A stretch of DNA of 64,000 nucleotides from Anthoceros angustus. Its lineage: Eukaryota; Plantae; Anthocerotophyta. A model generated the notes under the pieces. That model saw only the letters and a program-made list of their open reading frames with translations, was not told where the DNA came from and ran no database searches. Positions 61,248 to 64,000 of the stretch are shown piece by piece (the stretch's first letter is position 1; the number at the start of each line of letters is the position of its first letter). Location: the NCBI GenBank assembly GCA_010909165.1, contig MU008153.1, forward strand, positions 434,001 through 498,000. Reading direction: 5' to 3'. The position numbers and the translations under genes were made by a program.

Positions 61248-61754
61248 TTTGTGCAAGAGTGTTTTGACTTGACCCCAAATGTGGAAGAAGAGCGTACATC
61301 ACCAGCTTAAGACCCATTTCCCATGTCCACCCAGCTGGGTTTGGACCCTAACAGGCCAGTGGTTGGGTTTCCAACCTAAAGCTGTCTCTGGTTGGAACGA
61401 CACATTTTGAGATGAACGATTTTGGTTCGGTTCATGACCAGGAACGGATATCCTTGTGAACTACTTCACACAGAATTTCCCACTCCGATAGTTCGATCTT
61501 TGGGTTTGTCCGAATGGGCGAAGTAGTAATTGAAGAAAGGCTGTCTATGGGTTTGTCCGGATTGGCGATGTGGCTCAACAGGCTGCTCTTCTGTAAGACA
61601 CCAGTGCTTGCACAGGCCTTCCAAATGCAAAGCAGAAGTAATATCAGCCGCTCCAGCCCCTCCTGCTCCAAAGACTGCATGCTACTAGAAGACAACGGTA
61701 AAAGTAACACCATCAGGGTCACTACCGACAACTAACATCCGCCCAATAACAGCT

Positions 61755-62040
61755 AGTGCTCTGTTATCGTATCACGAATACCATACCCAGATATCAGGAC
61801 ATTCCGTGTCACCGCATCCTTTGTGGGCAAGCTGTCAAGAACCCGGCGTGAGGCTTCCAGTTTGTGCCACATTTTGACATACATGTCCACCAGGCAGTTG
61901 CCCACGACTATGTTATACAGCAGTCCTCCTTCAACAGTCTGAATGCTCCTGCCTGCCCTGCGTGCTTCATCCATTGCCCCCCACACTTTGCATAGATGTT
62001 CACCAGGCAGGTGCCAAGAAACAGGTTACGAGGAATGCCA
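61755..62040 (-). pseudogene. Degenerate PPR fragment
   Basis: NIVVGNCLVDMYVK..LEASRRVLDSLPTKDAVTRNVLISGY. Confidence 0.75.
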
Positions 62041-62919
62041 CTGCGCAACACATCAAAGTGCACCTGAAAGGAGTCTCAGGCATACATGCATATTCCCAGC
62101 ACGCTCATAACATCTCTACCAGAAATCTGTAAAGCCAGGAGACGATTGGTACAGTTGGTACAGTCGTAGGACTCCTGCGGCCTCAGAAAGCTTCCCAAGC
62201 TGCCACCAGGTGCTCACAGGTACAGCCGTAACGACGCACATTTCCGACCCTGCACGTCTGCCACGTTCAAGCTTATCCTGAGAGCTGGACTTGGAAGGAA
62301 AGGCACCATGACCCATCTGCAAACCCACAAGCTTGAAGGGCTTGCCACAGTTTCAGCATAGTGCAAAATGTAGACAGAAATAGCAGAGTCTGTCTGCGCC
62401 AGAGATTCCAGGGCTCCAACGGCCTCAGAAAGCTTCTCATATTGACAGAACAAGCTCACGGTTCCCGATCCTGCACGCCTGCCAGGTTCAGGCTTATCCC
62501 GGTAGCTCGACACGAAAGGAGAGGCACCATGCCCCATCTGCACATCCAAGGAGACGAGCTGCTTGACCCAAGCTGGCTTAAAACGATGTGTGACTGCTGA
62601 CGCTGGATGTCAGGCGGACGGAACTCTTCGTGTCTCTTCTGACCCCCAAAGATGCACAGGAATGTAAGAAAAAAATTATGTCTGGATACATAGATCCACC
62701 GCACGTCGCCGGGATAGCTTGAATCCCGACCAGAGGGTTGATGATTTTGCGCTCTACCAACAAGGACAACAACTTTATTTATTCCACCGATGATGGAAGT
62801 GCTCTGATTGAACACATATAGAGACAAAATATATACATCTAAACTAAAGAGACAAGACGGTGTAAGATGGAAAAAAGGGAAGGAAAGCTATAAGAGGCAA
62901 AACAATTGTAAAGAGTTCA

Positions 62920-63830
62920 ACTAGGTCTGCCGAAAATCAAAAAGCTCAGAGAGACATAGGCCAGTGAGCTTCGTAATATGAAACGAGAAGAATCTACGCA
63001 AGGAAAAACCAGCACACTTAAATAGAAGAGTGTATACAGCGAGCCCGAATAGGAGCATAGACATGGCAATAGAAGAGGAAGTGTGATTTAGATTCAGGGT
63101 CAAGGGAGCAGAGCTTGCAAATACGGGCAGCTTGGGGTGGTGTGGACTTAAGCCAACGGTTGGTCTCGATTCGGAGGTAGTGGGAGCTAACACGGAATTA
63201 ACCGATAAGAGTGCGGAGCTTGAAGGAGAGAGGGAATTGAGGTAACATGGTAGGGGTGGAACCTAGAGGGGATTGACACGAAACTCCTCCTAGTAGAAAC
63301 GGAGTTTGGACATTAGGGAGGGCAAATGAAAGGGGAACCAAGTGAGACGAAGATATCTTAATTTAAGGTCCCGCCGGATGAGGTGGTTGGGAGGGAGATG
63401 AGAAAGGGGAAGGGGGAGAATGGGGAGTTGGCCAAACCGGGAGTCTAAGGGGTGCAAATTTAAGCCGTTTAAGCCAAGCAACTGCTTGGGAGAGCCAAGA
63501 AAAAGAAGCTTGGGAATCAACATTGAGCCGAAGGAAGCGAGAAGACCTGTAGGCAAGGAGATGATAAGCGGCCGGGGAGGGGGGGAAGGGTTAACAATGT
63601 CAAGGAGGAGGAGGCGGTAAAGAAAACAAGAGAGGCAAAAGAGGCCATCAAGTTCAAGGGGTAAGGTAGAAAATTCAGAAAGGAGGATAGGTAAGGGGTC
63701 GAACGCTTACAGGCAATGTGAGCACGGAGAAAGGAGCTTTGTACTTTTTCCACCTTAGCCCAAGAGGAAGAGGATGATGGTAATTGTGGGAGTGAAAATA
63801 GGGTCACCCGACTTTTCTGCATTTAGATAT
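62920..63830 (-). mobile_element. LINE (RTE/RTEX-like) ORF2 C-terminal remnant
   Basis: WAKVEKVQSSFLR..STPY and FRVSSHYLRIETNRW..RICKLC..ESKSHFLFYCHVY..IR (C-terminal knuckle), with stops. Confidence 0.75.
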
Positions 63831-64000
63831 GGCCAAACAATGTGTTGAAGGGTAAACAATACATCGTTTTCTATATACAAATTAAATGCACTTTTTTTAC
63901 ATTAAAATATTTAAATTATATATAAAGAATGATATATAATAAGTACTAAGATTAAAAATAGGGCACTGAGTTATGTTGACACTGAGATTATGTCACAAAT

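Overview
Eukaryotic land-plant nuclear DNA. A GRP-type DYW:KP PPR editing factor, compact genes and very short introns point to a hornwort or similar seed-free plant (inference). Host genes: DYW:KP PPR C-terminus, a 3-exon protein resembling cyanobacterial porins, beta-expansin, SRC2-like C2 protein, RPS11, TIM23, AWPM-19, a plastid FAX, an IRKI/GIL1-like protein and a TPR-SET protein. Mobile DNA: (i) a 12.4-kb insertion (8148-20553) with TGTGG...CCACA ends and a GTATC 5-bp TSD, carrying no gag/pol or transposase but several unknown ORFs, which splits a CRE-like non-LTR element; (ii) a very young Ty1/Copia (23632-34234) with non-canonical TA...TA LTRs and an antisense ORF; (iii) CRE-like, RTEX-like LINE and chromovirus remnants and several tandem arrays. 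Both large elements contain indel-rich internal duplications joined at microhomologies, which look like long-read assembly artefacts. All protein-family calls come from motif recognition, not database searches.
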